A stretch of DNA of 64,000 bases from Anaeromyxobacter sp. (GCA_049840735.1 JASGJN010000017.1:224001-288000); one strand, 5' to 3'; shown: positions 45,116-56,475, numbered from the stretch's first letter. A program made the numbers and translations. Notes: generated from the letters alone by a model not told the origin.

Positions 45116-46661
45116 CTACCAGCTGACGGTGGTGCCGAGCAGGAAGACCTGCTTCTTGCGGACCGAGCCGCCCTCGCCCGGCCCGGGCATCGGCTCCATC
45201 ATGCCGCCGCCGCCCCAGGGCAGCGGGCCGGCGGACCCGGAGGCGTCGCGCTGCAGCCACTCGTGGCGCGCCACCAGCGCCAGGTTGCGGGTGACGCGGA
45301 AGGTGACGCCCGCCGAGGTGAACCAGCGCCGGTCCTCTCCCCGCCCCTGCCCCTGGACCAGCGTGGAGCCGTCGGGCCGGCTCAGCACGCGGCGGGTCTC
45401 CTCCAGCCCCTGGCGCCACTCCCGCGCCACGCCCAGCTCCAGCGAGAAGCGTCCGGGCCGGGCCTGCGCCCAGCCCCAGGCCAGGTGGCTGTCGTAGCCG
45501 TAGGGCTGCACGTCCACCGCGGTGCAGCCGTCCGGGCACTCGGGGTTGGGCGGCAGCGGCTGCGGCGCGGAGGCCACCTCGCCGATGTCCTCGCGCTGGA
45601 AACGGTAGCCCAGCCGCAGCGTGACCGCCGTCCAGCGCAGCTCCTGCCAGAGCCCGGCCTCGAGCCGGCGGCCGGTGAGGACGGCGAACTCGTCCCCCTG
45701 GCCCTGCTTCCCTGTCACGCCCAGGTCGAGCCGGGTGAAGCCGCGCCCGCCCTCCTCCAGCGCCACCCAGCCGCGGCCGGCGACCGCGCGCTGCAGCGGG
45801 CGGAAGTCGGTGCGCCCGGCGAAGGCCAGCTGCCCGTCGGCGGCCAGGCCCAGCTCGAATCCGCCGCGCCGGCGTGAAGCGGAGGGCGAAGGTCAGGTCG
45901 TGCGTCTGGGTGCTTTGGTCCTCGGCGTCGGCGTCCGCGTAGAGCAGCTGGGAGAAGGTGTAGGCGGCCTCCAGCTCGGCCGGCTTGCCCAGCCGCAGGC
46001 GCAGCGTGGCGTCGCCGTCGGCCAGCAGCAGCGCGCTGGGCGCGGTGGTGGTGCCCGAGCCCGGCCGCTCGACCGGCCCCAGGCCGGCGAGGAGCGCGTC
46101 GCTGTCGTAGCCGCCGGCCAGCCGCCCGCGCACGAGCCACCGCTCCGGCGGCGGCTGCGCGGGCCGGGGCGGCGTCGCGGGCCCCAGCTGGCGCTCGAGA
46201 TCCTCGACCAGCTGCAGCGCCGACCCGCTCGCCACGGCCCGGGCGCGCGCGGCCAGCGCCACCGCGGCCCCGCGGTCGCCGCCGTCCAGGGCGGCGAAGC
46301 CCGCGTTGCAGAGCGCCACCGCGGCCAGCTCCGGGCTGCGGGCCGCCTCCAGGAAGGCCACCTGGGCCTCGCCCCAGCGCCCCAGCGCGTAGAGGCAGGC
46401 GCCGCGGTTGAACCACCAGGCGCCGACCGAGTCGGCGCCGCCGCGCGACCGGTCCAGCGCGTCCAGCGCCTCGGCGGGCTTGCCGGCGCGGAAGCGGGCC
46501 AGGGCGGCCAGGTAGAGCGCGGACGAGGGCGCCTCCGCCCCGGCGGCGTCGAGCGCCAGCGCCTCGGCGCGTGCGTAGTCGCCCGCGGCGAAGGCGGCGC
46601 GGGCCTCAGCGAGCGGGTCGGGCGCGGTCGCCAGGACCAGCGCCAGCACCGCCGCCGTCAT
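45116..46661 (-). CDS. TPR + probable outer-membrane beta-barrel protein (apparent insertion at ~45859)
   Basis: Signal-like start, TPR helices, GGYDSD barrel start, C-terminal LGTTVSW. Confidence 0.72.
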
Positions 46662-47074
46662 CTGCGGTGCCGCTCCGGCATGGTCCCTCCTGGCCCCGGC
46701 ATGGTGGTCGGGGACGGGGCGGTGGTGCCGGGCGGAGGCGGCGGAGGGGCGCCGGTCTGGCTCCCCTCCATCCGCGGGGCCGTGCCGCCCTGCTGCTGGG
46801 CGGGGCGGGCCCCGTCGGCGGGCCGGGCACCGCCCGCGGGTGCGGGCTGGCCGGCCCGAAGCCGGTCGATGATGGTGTCGACGCGCTCGCCGGGGGCGAT
46901 GACGTCGACGCGGTGCGAGGCGCGGACGCGTGGCGTGGCCTCGGCCTGGCCGGCGGCGCTGGCCGCCGGCTCGGGCGCCGGGGTGGAGGTGGCCGGCGGC
47001 GACTGGGCGTGCGCCACCCCCGCCGCGGCCAGGACGGCCAGCGCGACCAGCAGGCGTGCAGCGTGGCTCGTCAT
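46658..47074 (-). CDS. Secreted Pro/Gly-rich hypothetical protein
   Basis: Signal peptide ending AHA; core VDVIAPGERVDTIIDRLR; ATGA overlaps on both sides. Confidence 0.7.
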   Translation of the reverse strand: MTSHAARLLVALAVLAAAGVAHAQSPPATSTPAPEPAASAAGQAEATPRVRASHRVDVIAPGERVDTIIDRLRAGQPAPAGGARPADGARPAQQQGGTAPRMEGSQTGAPPPPPPGTTAPSPTTMPGPGGTMPERHRR

Positions 47075-47640
47075 CCGTCCACCACCTCGATCACGACCTC
47101 GTCCCGCACCCGTGCGCCACCCACCTCTGCGTCGACGTGGATGCGGTAGCGGCCCGGCCGCTGCCCGCGCACGGCGATGGGGATCTCATTGTCGCCCCTC
47201 GACAGCGGCTGGGTCCACTCGAAGCTGCGCTGGGGGAGCGACTCCCCGCTGGCCCAGAAGGACAGCTCGGGGGGGAGCGTGACGCGGATGAGGGCGGCCT
47301 CGACCGGCACGTCCGCCGAGAGGTTGAGCCGGACCACCGCCACCTGCGTGGCGGAGAGGACGGCGGAGGGACGAGCCGGGCGCAGCAGCGAGGTACCGCC
47401 CATGACCACCACCAGGAGCAGCGCGGCGGCCGCGCCGAGCGCAGCGGCGCCGGCGGCCCACCGCACGCGGCGGTCGTGGAAGGACTCCACGAGCGCGGCC
47501 CAGCGCGAGGGCGGCGCCGGCGGGCCGGCCGCGACCAGCTTGCGACGGAGCGCCAGGGTGAAGTCCTCGGCGCCCTGGTCCACGCGCAGCGCGCGGAGCC
47601 GGTCCCGGAGCTCGCGGTCGTCTGGTTCGCGCGCCGTCAT
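47071..47640 (-). CDS. Putative single-TM anti-sigma factor
   Basis: Coupled to the ECF sigma gene; short cytoplasmic N-terminus, TM, beta-rich C-terminus. Confidence 0.65.
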   Translation of the reverse strand: MTAREPDDRELRDRLRALRVDQGAEDFTLALRRKLVAAGPPAPPSRWAALVESFHDRRVRWAAGAAALGAAAALLLVVVMGGTSLLRPARPSAVLSATQVAVVRLNLSADVPVEAALIRVTLPPELSFWASGESLPQRSFEWTQPLSRGDNEIPIAVRGQRPGRYRIHVDAEVGGARVRDEVVIEVVDG

Positions 47641-48266
47641 GGCTTCCTCGATCGGTTGGACGAAGGGTCGCAAGCGGATGTTCCCGGGGAGTCCGCCGCG
47701 CGGGTGCCGGGCACCTCGGGCCGCTCCAGCACGGCGCGCAGCGCGGCCCTCCCGCGGTGGAGCCGGGACTTGATGGTCCCCACCGCCACGTCCTCCACCG
47801 CCGCCACCTCGTCGTAGGTGAGCCCTTCGACGTCGAACAGCACCAGCGCCGAGCGGTACTCGGTGGGAATCTCCCGCAGGGCCGCCCACACCCGGGCCCG
47901 GTCCTGGGCCGCCGCCAGCGCCTCGTCCGGCCGCTCGCCGCCCTCGCGGTCGTCGCTGCGCTCGTCCAGCGGCTCCTCGCGCGCGCGGCGCGTGCCCTCC
48001 CGGCCCTTGCTCGCGTCGAGGCAGGCGCTGCGGACCACGGCGAAGAGCCAGGTGGTGAAGGCCGACTGCCACCTGAAGGAGCGCAGGTTGCGGTAGACGC
48101 GGAGGAGCGCCTCCTGCGCCAGGTCGTCGGCGTCGCTCTCCGAGCGGGCGAAGGCCCGGGCGAGCCGCCTGACGCGTGGGAGCTGCCCCGACACGAGCGC
48201 CTCGAAGGCACGCACGTCGCCCGTCTGGGCACGCGCCACCAGCTCGTCGAGGTCGTCCAGGCTCAC
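47637..48266 (-). CDS. ECF RNA polymerase sigma factor
   Basis: DADDLAQEA, FTTWLF, EGLTYDEVA..VGTIKSRLHRGR. Confidence 0.92.
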   Translation of the reverse strand: MSLDDLDELVARAQTGDVRAFEALVSGQLPRVRRLARAFARSESDADDLAQEALLRVYRNLRSFRWQSAFTTWLFAVVRSACLDASKGREGTRRAREEPLDERSDDREGGERPDEALAAAQDRARVWAALREIPTEYRSALVLFDVEGLTYDEVAAVEDVAVGTIKSRLHRGRAALRAVLERPEVPGTRAADSPGTSACDPSSNRSRKP

Positions 48267-48379
48267 GCCCGCAACATATCGCACGAGGCCGGGAACAATC
48301 CGAGCACTCGTTCCTTCCCACGCTCAGGAACGCCGGCCCCCGGCACGACGCGGCCCTCGAGGCCGCCGGAGCACCCGAA

Positions 48380-49222
48380 ATGACCCGTCAGCGCACTCTC
48401 CTCGCGGTCGTGGGCATCGTCCTCGCCGCGGCCTGCGGCAAGGGCATCAGCACCTCCGGCACCAGCACCACCACCACCACCAGCGTGCTGGCCACCGCCT
48501 ACGCGTCCTCGACCGCCTCGAGCGGCACCCTGCTGTGCTCGCCACAGCAGGCCCAGCTCGACGCCTGCGCCGGCCTGGCCGCGGGCGACGCCTGCACGCT
48601 CACCGGCACCGACGGCACCACGTCCATCGACGGCACCTGCCGCGCCACGCTCGACGGCACCGCCGTCGCCTGCTCCCCGACTCCGCCGGCGCCGCCGCAG
48701 GAGCTCGTCGAGGCCTGCGCCGACAAGGCGCTCTCCGACGCCTGCACGGTGACCGAGCCGGACGGCGACACGCGCGAGGGCGTCTGCGTCACGGCCCGCG
48801 ACGGCGCCACGGTGATCTGCGGCCGCCAGCACACCCCGCCCCAGGCCGCCGTCGACGCCTGCGCCAGCGCCGCGGCCGGCGACGCCTGCAGCTTCACCGG
48901 CGGCCACGACGGCGCCCAGACCATCAGCGGCGTCTGCGCGCTCGGCCCCGGCGAGAGCGGCGTGCTGGCCTGCGTCCCCGCGCAGCAGATCCGCCCCGGC
49001 GCCACCGAGGCCTGCGCCGGCCTGGCCGGCGGCGACGCCTGCACGCTGGGCGGCCGCCACGCGGTGGACGGCACCTGCGTGGTGCCGGCGGCCGGCGGCG
49101 ACGCGGTCTGCGTCCCCGGCTGCGGCACGCTCGGCGGCCCCTTCGCCTGCCACCAGCCGGACGGCCACCACCACGGCGGCGGCATGGACGGCGGCATGGG
49201 CCCCGGCGCCGGCATGCCCTGA
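48380..49222 (+). CDS. Cys-rich repeat lipoprotein with His/Met/Gly tail
   Basis: AAAC lipobox; four ~50-aa AC....GDAC..G.C..C repeats; ends HHHGGGMDGGMGPGAGMP. Confidence 0.8.
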   Translation: MTRQRTLLAVVGIVLAAACGKGISTSGTSTTTTTSVLATAYASSTASSGTLLCSPQQAQLDACAGLAAGDACTLTGTDGTTSIDGTCRATLDGTAVACSPTPPAPPQELVEACADKALSDACTVTEPDGDTREGVCVTARDGATVICGRQHTPPQAAVDACASAAAGDACSFTGGHDGAQTISGVCALGPGESGVLACVPAQQIRPGATEACAGLAGGDACTLGGRHAVDGTCVVPAAGGDAVCVPGCGTLGGPFACHQPDGHHHGGGMDGGMGPGAGMP

Positions 49223-49303
49223 GACCAGCTTCCCCAGGTGCACCGTCGGGCGCGGTCGCGGGTTCTTCTCCCCCCGTTTCCCTCGGCCGAGACCGATGAG
49301 CAC

Positions 49304-49340
49304 CCCGCCCGTCGCGACCTCGCGGCGGGCGGTCTTGTTT
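49304..49340 (+). terminator. Probable terminator
   Basis: CCGCCCGTCGCG-ACCT-CGCGGCGGGCGG followed by TCTTGTTT. Confidence 0.65.
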
Positions 49341-49404
49341 GCGCAGACGGCGGCGCCCGGAGCCGCGAGGCCCCGGGCGCCGGTTGCTGCGGACCGCTGC
49401 GGCC

Positions 49405-50904
49405 CTAGAGGCCGTCCACCGAGTAGACGGCGTACCCGCGCGGCGGCGCGTACACCTCCACCGAGCCGTTGGCGTCGGCGTACTTGCTGGCGGGCTGGTA
49501 GTTCTGCCCGCTCTTGGGCGAGTACCAGGCGTAGGCCTTGAGCGTCTTGTTCTTCAGGTAGCCGTTGCCGGTCTGGACCCAGGCGCCCTTCCAGGCGCTG
49601 GCGTTGTCGTTCAGGACCACGATGTAGCCGGGCGAGGTGCTGCTGTAGCCCTTCGACCCGTAGATGAGCACGTCGCCGTCGTTGGTCTTGAGCAGCTCGA
49701 TCTGCGGGCCGGCGCCGCCCAGCTTGCCGCGCACCCAGACCAGCTGCTTGATGCCGTTGCCCCACTGCCCGCCCAGGCCCTTGAGGCCGTAGTCGAAGTA
49801 GTCCTTCCACCAGATCATCGGGTAGCCCTGGTAGGTGAGGATGTAGGCGTAGGCGATCATCTTGTCGGTGCTGATCTCGTCGGTGTCGTGGTTCCCGACG
49901 AAGGTCACCGCGCGGTACGGGTTCTTGGCCGCGAAGGACTTGCTGGGATCGACCAGGTTGGGCAGGTAGCCGCCGCCTCCGGTGTTGGTGCAGATGTCAC
50001 GCAGCGTGTAATACGAGGCGAAGTCGAACGCGCTGGCGTTGGCCGCGTTCGCCCACCAGTCGAGCGTGCCGGTGTTGGAGTCCCAGTACTCGCCCACCGA
50101 GAAGGCGCCGCCGGTGGCCGCCTTCATGTCCTTCACCACCCAGGGCCAGATCCCCTTCACGTAGTCGAAGCGCCACTGGGTGAACCCGGCGTTGTTCGCG
50201 TCCTTCAGCCAGTTCATCCAGGTCTTGGTGTCGCCGTAGGCCGGCGAGTTGTTCATGTTCACGTCGGGGAAGCCGCCGAACGTGCCCGAGTCGCTGGCCT
50301 CGTAGGCGTTGGGGTGGAACGAGCTCGCGTGCCACTTGTTCTTGCCGGAGGCCACGCCGTCGAAGTTGGTCCAGGTGTTGGCGTTGGCCCACTGGTTCCA
50401 CTCGCTGGCGCCGCCGGAGCGGTGGTTCAGGACGATGTCGGCCATCGAGGCGATGCCGTAGCCCTTGAACGTGGCGATGGCGCTCTTCAGCTCGGCCTGG
50501 CTGCCGAAGCGCGTCTCGGTGCAGCCCTTCTGGTTGTACTGGCCGACGTCGTAGTAGTCGAACGGGTCGTAGCCCATCGAGTAGCAGCCGTTGTCGGCCT
50601 TCGACACCGGCGGGAACCAGATGACGTCCACGCCGTAGCCGCCGGCCATGTTCGCCAGCTCCCCGGCCTTGCCCTTCATGGTGTTGTACCAGGTGCCTCC
50701 CGCTGGGACGTCCCAGTAGAAGCCCTGCATCATCACGCCGGACTTGCCCGACGCCGACGAGGCCATCGGGATGTCCGCCTCCGCGAGGCCCTGCCCTTCA
50801 TCCAGCTCCGGGCCACCGCAGCCCGGCAGCAGCAACAGCGCCGCCGCTGCCAGACCCACGACTGACGTCCACAGCCCCCGTGCTGCGCGACCATCGTGCT
50901 TCAT
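49405..50904 (-). CDS. Lipoprotein alpha-amylase, GH13 (subfamily 7-like)
   Basis: LPGC lipobox; MQGFYWDVP, YSMGYDP, ETRFGS, WRFDYVKG, GEYWD, FVGNHDTD. Confidence 0.9.
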   Translation of the reverse strand: MKHDGRAARGLWTSVVGLAAAALLLLPGCGGPELDEGQGLAEADIPMASSASGKSGVMMQGFYWDVPAGGTWYNTMKGKAGELANMAGGYGVDVIWFPPVSKADNGCYSMGYDPFDYYDVGQYNQKGCTETRFGSQAELKSAIATFKGYGIASMADIVLNHRSGGASEWNQWANANTWTNFDGVASGKNKWHASSFHPNAYEASDSGTFGGFPDVNMNNSPAYGDTKTWMNWLKDANNAGFTQWRFDYVKGIWPWVVKDMKAATGGAFSVGEYWDSNTGTLDWWANAANASAFDFASYYTLRDICTNTGGGGYLPNLVDPSKSFAAKNPYRAVTFVGNHDTDEISTDKMIAYAYILTYQGYPMIWWKDYFDYGLKGLGGQWGNGIKQLVWVRGKLGGAGPQIELLKTNDGDVLIYGSKGYSSTSPGYIVVLNDNASAWKGAWVQTGNGYLKNKTLKAYAWYSPKSGQNYQPASKYADANGSVEVYAPPRGYAVYSVDGL

Positions 50905-51257
50905 GCGTCTCTCCCCAGACGCACACCGCCCGGCGACCTTTCACTCCAGGAGCGGCCCCGCCGACGACGTGCCGGGACTCGCCGTCACCGCTGACCTGGA
51001 AGCCTCGATCGGTGAGCCGGCGCAGTATGGCGAGGCGTGCGCACCTTGGAGCGGGAACCCGCCAGGGACACACACCTGGGACTATTTGGATCTACGAAAC
51101 CACCACAGGAAACGTAAGCGAATCACCCACAGTCACGCAGCCGGACCCACCTCCGCGCATGGCGGGCGGCGCGACGGCGTGGCGTAACTCCCCGAATAGA
51201 CGGACGTACCGTTGATCCGCGTTGTTCACTTTCCGTTCGCAACGGGAGGGCTCCCCG

Positions 51258-52103
51258 CTATCTCGACCCGATGGCCTCGCCCACGCGCAGCTTGGCGCCT
51301 GGCACCAGCCGCGCGTCGAGCGACACGCGGCCGGGCTCGAAGAGCAGGATCACGGTGGAGCCCATCTCGAAGGCGCCCAGCTCCTGCCCCTTCTCCACCG
51401 GGATGGCCGCCTCGTAGTCGCGGATGCGGGCCCTGGCGCCGGACAGGTTGGTCGGCGGCGCGGAGGGATCGTAGTAGGCCTTCACGCGGCCGACCACGGT
51501 CGCGCCCACCGCCACCACCGCGCACGCGCCCAGCGGTGTCTCCATCACCGTCACCAGCCGCTCGTTGACGGTGAAGAGCCCGGGCACGGTCCGGACCGAG
51601 GCCGGGTTCACCGGCCAGAGCCGGCCCGGCACGTAGCGGTAGCCCGTCACCTGCCCGCCCAGCGGGAAGTGGATCCGGTGGTAGTCGCGGGGCGACAGGT
51701 AGATGGTGGTCCAGGCCCCGCCCTCGAGCCGGCGCGCCAGCGCCTCGTCGCCCAGCAGCGCCGCGGCGGTGTAGTCGATCCCCTTCGCCTGCACCAGCTT
51801 GCCGGCGGTGCAGCGGCCGGCCTCGGAGACCGTGCCGTCCACCGGCGAGACCACCACCTCCGCACCCGGCGCGATGGGGCGGAGCCCGGGGCGGAGCGGC
51901 CGGGCGAAGAACTCGCCGAAGCTGGCATACGCGGTCAGCTCCGGGCACTCCCCCAGGTCGATCCCGTAGCGCCTCGCGAAGCCGCGCATGGCGGCGTGGC
52001 GGACGGGGGCCGGGGCGCGCCAGCGGGTCAGCGCGCCGACCAGGCGGGAGACGGCGTTCTTGGGGACGAGGCGGAGGGCGCCGATGAAGAGCCGGTCGTT
52101 CAT
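51258..52103 (-). CDS. psd: Phosphatidylserine decarboxylase
   Basis: [31 protein letters not shown]. Confidence 0.93.
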   Translation of the reverse strand: MNDRLFIGALRLVPKNAVSRLVGALTRWRAPAPVRHAAMRGFARRYGIDLGECPELTAYASFGEFFARPLRPGLRPIAPGAEVVVSPVDGTVSEAGRCTAGKLVQAKGIDYTAAALLGDEALARRLEGGAWTTIYLSPRDYHRIHFPLGGQVTGYRYVPGRLWPVNPASVRTVPGLFTVNERLVTVMETPLGACAVVAVGATVVGRVKAYYDPSAPPTNLSGARARIRDYEAAIPVEKGQELGAFEMGSTVILLFEPGRVSLDARLVPGAKLRVGEAIGSR

Positions 52104-52200
52104 GCGAGTGGTCGAGTCTAGCAGAACACCCGCCCGGGCCTCGGTTTTTGCCGTGCATGCCACCCGCCGAAGCGGGAGGCTGCGCGCCCAGGAGGCCACC

Positions 52201-53841
52201 ATGGAAGCCATCCGCGCGCCGCGCGGCACCGCCCGCTCGTGCAAGGGCTGGGTGCAGGAAGCGGCGCTCCGCATGCTGATGAACAACCTCGATCCCGAGG
52301 TGGCCGAGCGGCCCGCCGACCTGGTGGTCTACGGCGGGACCGGCAAGGCGGCGCGCGACTGGGAGAGCTACCACCGCATCGTGGCGGCGCTGCGCGCGCT
52401 GCGCGACGACGAGACCTTGCTGGTGCAGAGCGGGAAGCCGGTGGGCGTGCTGGGCACGCACCCGGACGCGCCGCGCGTGCTCATCGCCAACTCCAACCTG
52501 GTGCCGCGCTTCGCCACCTGGGAGACGTTCTGGGACCTCGAGGCCCGCGGCCTGATGATGTACGGGCAGATGACCGCCGGGTCGTGGATCTACATCGGCA
52601 CGCAGGGGATCCTGCAGGGCACCTACGAGACCTTCGCCCAGGCCGGCCGGACCCACTTCGGCTCGGACGATCTCTCCGGCCGCTGGATCCTCTCCGGCGG
52701 GCTGGGCGGGATGGGCGGCGCGCAGCCGCTGGCGGCCACCATGCTGGGCGCGGCCTTCCTGGGCGTGGACGTCGACCCGGAGCGGATCGCGAAGCGGCGC
52801 GCCACCGGCTACCTCGACGAGGTGGCGGACGATCTGGACGACGCGCTCCGGCGGGTGGAGGCGGCGCGGCGCGAGCGACGGCCGCTGTCGGTGGCGGTGG
52901 TGGGGAACGCCGCCGACGTCTACGCCGAGCTGGCGCGGCGCGGCCTGGCGCCCGATCTGGTGACCGATCAGACCAGCGCGCACGACCCGCTCAATGGCTA
53001 CGTGCCCGCCGACGTGACGCTGGCCGACCTGCCCGCGCTCCGCAAGCGCGACCCCGGCGGCGTGGTCCGCCGCGCCAAGCAGTCGATGGCGCGGCAGGTG
53101 GAGGCCATGCTGGCCATGCGCCAGGCCGGGAGCCACGTCTTCGACTACGGCAACAACCTGCGCGCCGGCGCCAAGGAGGCGGGCGTGGCCGAGGCCTACG
53201 CCTACCCCGGCTTCGTGCCCGCCTACGTCCGCCCGCTCTTCTGCGAGGGCCAGGGGCCGTTCCGCTGGGTGGCGCTCTCCGGCGATCCGGCCGACATCGC
53301 CCGCACCGACCGGGCCGTGGCCGAGCTGTTCCCGGAGAAGGCCGCGCTGCGCCGCTGGCTGGACCTGGCCGCCCGCAAGGTCCACTTCCAGGGGCTGCCG
53401 GCGCGCATCTGCTGGCTAGGCTACGGCGAGCGCGACCGCGCCGGGCTGGCCTTCAACGAGCTGGTGCGGCGGGGCGAGGTGAAGGCGCCCATCGTGATCG
53501 GCCGCGATCACCTCGACTGCGGCTCGGTGGCCTCGCCCAACCGCGAGACCGAGGCCATGAAGGACGGCTCGGACGCGGTGGGGGACTGGCCCATCCTGAA
53601 CGCGCTGGTCAACGCCGTGAACGGCGCCTCCTGGGTGAGCTTCCACCACGGCGGCGGCGTGGGCATCGGCTGGTCGCTCCACGCCGGCCAGGTCATCGTG
53701 GCCGACGGGACCGCCGAGGCGGACCGCCGGCTGGAGCGCGTGCTGCGCAGCGACCCGGCCATGGGCGTGCTCCGCCACGCCGACGCCGGCTACGACGAGG
53801 CGCGCGCCGTGGCAGCGGAGCGCGGCGTGAAGATCCCGTGA
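52201..53841 (+). CDS. hutU: Urocanate hydratase
   Basis: [39 protein letters not shown]. Confidence 0.97.
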   Translation: MEAIRAPRGTARSCKGWVQEAALRMLMNNLDPEVAERPADLVVYGGTGKAARDWESYHRIVAALRALRDDETLLVQSGKPVGVLGTHPDAPRVLIANSNLVPRFATWETFWDLEARGLMMYGQMTAGSWIYIGTQGILQGTYETFAQAGRTHFGSDDLSGRWILSGGLGGMGGAQPLAATMLGAAFLGVDVDPERIAKRRATGYLDEVADDLDDALRRVEAARRERRPLSVAVVGNAADVYAELARRGLAPDLVTDQTSAHDPLNGYVPADVTLADLPALRKRDPGGVVRRAKQSMARQVEAMLAMRQAGSHVFDYGNNLRAGAKEAGVAEAYAYPGFVPAYVRPLFCEGQGPFRWVALSGDPADIARTDRAVAELFPEKAALRRWLDLAARKVHFQGLPARICWLGYGERDRAGLAFNELVRRGEVKAPIVIGRDHLDCGSVASPNRETEAMKDGSDAVGDWPILNALVNAVNGASWVSFHHGGGVGIGWSLHAGQVIVADGTAEADRRLERVLRSDPAMGVLRHADAGYDEARAVAAERGVKIP

Positions 53842-55109
53842 GCGCCGCGAAGCCCCGCGCCACCCTGGCCGTCCGCCGGGCCCAGCTGGCCACCTGCGAC
53901 CGCGGCCCGTCGGACCCCGGGCTCCTCCCCGGGGGCGCGGTCGCGCTGGCCGGGGAGACCGTCGCCTGGACCGGGCCGGACGCCGAGCTCGAGCGCGCGG
54001 TGGACCTGGCCGGCGCCGAGGTGGTGGACGCCCGCGGCGGGCTGGTCACCCCGGGGCTCGTGGACGCGCACACGCACCTCCTGTTCGCGGGAGATCGCTC
54101 CGGAGAGTTCGCGCTGCGCTGCGCCGGGAAGAGCTACCTGGAGATCGCCGCCGCCGGCGGCGGCATCGGCGCCACCACCCGCGCCACCGCCGCAGCCAGC
54201 GACGAGGCGCTGCTCGAGGCCGCGGTGGCCCGCGCCAGGCGCCTGCTGGCGCAGGGCGTGACCACCGTCGAGGTGAAGTCCGGCTACGGCCTCGAGCCCG
54301 AGGCCGAGCTGCGCCTGCTGGGGCTCATCCATCAGCTCGGCCACGCGCTGCGCGACGAGCTGACGGTGGTCCCCACCCTGCTCGCCCACGCCGTCCCGCC
54401 CGCGCGCGCCGCCAGCCGCGAGGCCCATGTGGCGGAGCTGGCCGGGCAGCTGGTGCCGGCCGCCGCGCTGGGCGGCCTGGCCCAGGCCTGCGACGTGTTC
54501 GTGGAGCAGGGCGCGTTCACGCCGGAGGAGGCGCGGGCCATCCTGGGGGCGGCCCGCGCCGCCGGCCTCACCACCCGCGTGCACGTGGACCAGCTCACCC
54601 CCGGCCGCGGCGCGCAGCTGGCCGCGGAGCTGGGCTGCGCCTCTGCCGATCATCTGGAGGCGATCGACGAGGAAGGCATCCAGGCCCTGGCCCGGGCCGG
54701 CGTGGTGGCCGGGCTCCTGCCCACCGCCACCTTCTTCCTCGGGCTGGAGCGCTACGCGCCGGGGCGCCGCCTCCTCGACGCCGGCGCCACCGTGGCCCTG
54801 GCCACCAACCTCAACCCCGGCAGCGCCATGACCGAGAACGTGGGGCTGACGCTCTCTCTTGCCTGCCTGAAGCTGGGCCTCACCGCCGCCGAAGCGCTGG
54901 TGGCCTTCACCGCCGGGAGCGCGCTGGCGCTGCGGCGACCCTCGGCCGGCAGGCTCGCGCCGGGGGCGGACGCTGACCTGGTGGTCTGGGGCGCCGCCAC
55001 GCCCGAGCACCTGGCCTGGCACCTGGGCATGAACCACGCGCAGGTGGTGGTGCGGCGCGGCCGGGTGGTGCACCGGGCCGGGCCGGAGGCGGTGGACTGC
55101 AGGGAGTAG
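53838..55109 (+). CDS. hutI: Imidazolonepropionase
   Basis: [31 protein letters not shown]. Confidence 0.93.
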   Translation: MSAAKPRATLAVRRAQLATCDRGPSDPGLLPGGAVALAGETVAWTGPDAELERAVDLAGAEVVDARGGLVTPGLVDAHTHLLFAGDRSGEFALRCAGKSYLEIAAAGGGIGATTRATAAASDEALLEAAVARARRLLAQGVTTVEVKSGYGLEPEAELRLLGLIHQLGHALRDELTVVPTLLAHAVPPARAASREAHVAELAGQLVPAAALGGLAQACDVFVEQGAFTPEEARAILGAARAAGLTTRVHVDQLTPGRGAQLAAELGCASADHLEAIDEEGIQALARAGVVAGLLPTATFFLGLERYAPGRRLLDAGATVALATNLNPGSAMTENVGLTLSLACLKLGLTAAEALVAFTAGSALALRRPSAGRLAPGADADLVVWGAATPEHLAWHLGMNHAQVVVRRGRVVHRAGPEAVDCRE

Positions 55110-55113
55110 CGCT

Positions 55114-55915
55114 CTCGCCGGCCCTCGCGCGGTCCGCTCTCGTGGTTCGACTCCGGGCCGGCCAGCGGGCCGCTCGGCGCGAGCCCGGCCCTACGCTCAC
55201 CACGAACGGAGAGTGAACCCCCGACCCGGCAGGCTCCTGCGTCCGGCTCCTCGTGCGCGCGTCCGTTCGTCCTGAGCGTAGCGCCCGCTCCGCGGGCGCG
55301 GAGTCGAAGGACGGGATCCTCGCCGGCCCTCTCGCGCCTCGCTCTCGTGGTTCGACTCCGGGCCGGCCAGCGGGCCGCTCGGCGCGAGCCCGGCCCTATG
55401 CTCATCACGGACGGAGAGTGAACCACCGACCCGGCAGGCTCCTGCGTCCGGCTCCTCGTGCGCGCGGGCGGTGTCGAGTCGATGGAGGATCGCTCCGCCC
55501 CTCCAACGGTCCGTTCGTCCTGAGCGTAGCGCCCGCCCGGCGGGCGCGGAGTCGAAGGACAGGGATCCTCGCCGGCCCTCTCGCGCCCCCCTCTCGTGGT
55601 TCGACTCCGGGCCGGCCAGCGGGCCGCTCGGCGCGAGCCCGGCCCTACGCTCACCACGAACGGAGAGTGAACCATCGACCCGGACGTGAGCGCGGCCCTA
55701 TGCTCATCACGGACGGAGAGTGAACCACCGACCCGGCAGGCTCCTGCGTCCGGCTCCTCGTGCGCGCGGGCGGTGTCGAGTCGATGGAGGATCGCTCCGC
55801 ACCTCCGACGGTCCGTTCGTCCTGAGCGTAGCGCCCGCCCCGCGGGCGCGGAGTCGAAGGACAGGGATCCTCGCCGGCCCTCTCGCGCCCCCCTCTCGTG
55901 GTTCGGCTCCGGGCT
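55114..55915. repeat. BIME/REPIN-like array of alternating inverted REP-like elements
   Basis: Three ~205-300-bp units, each with forward TTCGACTCCG..CTAYGCTCA..GRACGG and reverse CCGTTCGTCCTGAGCGTAG..CGGAGTCGAAGG. Confidence 0.9.
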
Positions 55916-55954
55916 CCGTCGGGCATCCGGTGGTCCCCGCGTTACACTTCCCCC

Positions 55955-56475
55955 GTGCGCGTCGCCCTCGTCTCCGACACCCACGGCCTGGTCGACCCCC
56001 TGCTGGAGGGGCTCTTCCACGGCTGCGAGCGAGTGCTCCACGCGGGCGACATCGTCAAGCCGCCATCCTGGACGTGCTGGCCGCCATCGCGCCGGTGACC
56101 GCGGTGCGCGGCAACAACGACCACGCGCCGTCCTTCTGGAGCCTGCCGGAGACGGCGGTGGTGGAGCTGGGCGCGCTCAGGGCGCTCGTCATCCACGACC
56201 TGGGCGATCGCGGCAAGCCCCACCCGCTCGCCCGCGGCATGATCGCCGCGCAGCGGCCGCAGCTGGTGATCCACGGCCACTCGCACCGGCCGGAGGCGGT
56301 GCGGCTCGACGGGACCCTCTACGTCAACCCAGGCAGCGCCGGCCCGCGCCGGTTCTCGCTGCCCCGCACCGCCGCGCTGCTGGAGGTCGAGCAGCGCCAG
56401 GTGGAGCTGCGCTTCTACGACCTCTCCGGACAGCGGCCCCGCCCCTTCGGCAAGCCGGTGCGCGAGGCGTTCTAG
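55955..56475 (+). CDS. Metallophosphoesterase (YfcE-like; apparent deletion at ~56062)
   Basis: SDTHG, HAGD, VRGNND, HGHSH, NPGS. Confidence 0.88.

Noticed and set aside
44124..46661. TPR-MiaA fusion
   Set aside because: Produced by the insertion at ~45859; miaA has its own start
50905..51257. Riboswitch or LacI operator upstream of the amylase
   Set aside because: The region is long and more AT-rich, but I could not recognise a convincing motif
52239..55109. 956-aa extended HutI
   Set aside because: The N-terminal part is an alternative frame of hutU; the real start is the GTG at 53838
55114..55915. CRISPR array
   Set aside because: Units are 200-300 bp with repeated, not unique, linkers and alternating orientation; no cas genes
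54752..56041. ORFs spanning the repeat array
   Set aside because: Translations of palindromic repeats with no coding signal
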